DNA of 63,293 nucleotides, filler included, from Reclinomonas americana ATCC 50394 (Eukaryota): NCBI GenBank assembly GCA_048213135.1. It is 12 parts of 12 records of this genome, joined end to end, with 100 filler letters (N's around TTAATTAATTAA, not from the genome) between each part and the next. Parts side by side here need not be neighbours in the genome. Positions count along the whole stretch, not along the records: positions 61,748 to 63,293 come from AFZH01022469.1; 11 more parts are not named here. One strand, 5' to 3'. Shown piece by piece: positions 62,186 to 63,293 of this stretch (position 1 is its first letter; each line of letters starts with the position of its first letter). The notes under the pieces were generated by a model. It saw only the letters and a program-made list of their open reading frames with translations, ran no database searches and was not told where the DNA came from. The position numbers and the translations under genes were made by a program.

Positions 62186-63293
62186 ATGGCAACCGTGATG
62201 GTGGGTGTGTGTGTGCACCTGTGTTCTCCTCACTATGCGCCTCACTATGCTTTGAATAGGTGTGCACGAGTGGTGTGTGGTGTGTCGCCGTCACTCCTGA
62301 CGGTCTTCATGCTGTCAGCGGGAGTCACGACTACACATTGCGAGTGTGGTCACTCGCCACTGGTGAAGAAGTGCGACAGTTGGAGGTATGCACCGATCCG
62401 GTTTACTCTGTCGCCGTCACTCCCGACAGTCAACACGTGATCAGTGGGGGCATCGAAACTGTGCACGTGTGGTCACTGGCGAGCGGGGAAGAGGTGCAAC
62501 GATTGGAGGGATGCAGTTTCGCGGTGAACTGTGTCGCTGTCACCCCCGATGGTGAGCACATCGTGAGTGGGGACGATGTCGGCAACGTGCTTGTTTGGTC
62601 GCTGGTGAGCGGTAAGGAAGTGAGACGTTGGCAGGGACACGCAAGGGAATCGGTGCAGTCTGTCGCCGTTGCTCCCGACAGCCAGCACATTGTGAGCGGG
62701 GGCGATGACAGCACAGTACACGTGTGGTCCCTCGCTAGCGGCGAGGAGGTGCGACGGTTGAAAGGTCATGCAAAGACGGTTAATGCAGTCGTCGTCACTC
62801 CCAACGGGCAGCACGTCGTGAGTGCGAGTGATGACAAGACAGTGCGTGTATGGTCACTCGCCAGCGGCGACGAGGTGCGACGGTTAAAAGGGCACAAAAA
62901 AGCGGTAGCGGCTGTTGCTATCACTCCAGATGGGCGGTACATCGTGAGTGGCAGTCATGACAAGAGTGTATGGGTGTGGTCGGTGGCGACTGGCGCGGAG
63001 GTGCTACGTTTGGAGGGACATTCGGATACTGTGATTTCCGTCGCTGTCACTCCCGATGGTGAGCGCATAGTGAGCAGCGGCTGGGACCAGACCGTGCGTG
63101 TTTGGATGCTGCCGAATGGTCTCGCGCGGGAAGAGTTGTTGGCAGCACGACTGGCCATGCTGGCAGTGCAAGAGATGCAACAGGAGGAGGGCGAGGAGGC
63201 GGAGGTGGATTCACGGTGTCTTCCGGAAATGGTGCTGCGTTGCTTCATTGTCGAGGATGCGGAGGTGGTGTTACATCGACGCCGGGCGGAGCC
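62186..63293 (+). CDS. WD40 array copy 5, the most divergent (runs off the window end; absent from the ORF track)
   Basis: Exon MATVM (62186-62200), intron, then an open frame from 62260: VCTSGVWCVAVTPDG..., 7 repeats, tail LPNGLAREELLAARLAMLAVQEM..RCLPEMVLRCFIVEDAEVV. Confidence 0.88.

Overview
Intron-rich eukaryotic (protist-like) draft scaffold broken by 11 artificial 100-bp spacers (44N-TTAATTAATTAA-44N). Genes read coherently across several spacers, so the contig order is probably real. Gene order: 3' end of an importin-9-like gene; a giant (~2,700 aa, my estimate) beta-helix/PMP-repeat surface protein with a multi-pass membrane C-terminus; a secreted FkbM-type methyltransferase; a run of four mitochondrial genes (2-oxodicarboxylate carrier, MICU, MCU, isovaleryl-CoA dehydrogenase); Nup188; a small orphan; a nuclear WD40 protein; an SMCR8-like gene; a TLC-domain protein; thymidylate kinase; an RNI-like LRR gene; and a tandem array of at least 5 WD40 genes sharing an unknown C-terminal module, interrupted by an intronless T4 Rnl2-family RNA ligase. 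Highlights: MICU and MCU head-to-head about 200 bp apart; a RING finger on a symmetric exon inside Nup188; an abundant atypical GTTGCGT splice-donor class; a modular phase 0-1-0 micro-exon array; and a candidate LRR/WD40/RNA-repair defence island. All gene models were spliced by eye, and homologies were recognised from remembered motifs rather than database searches.
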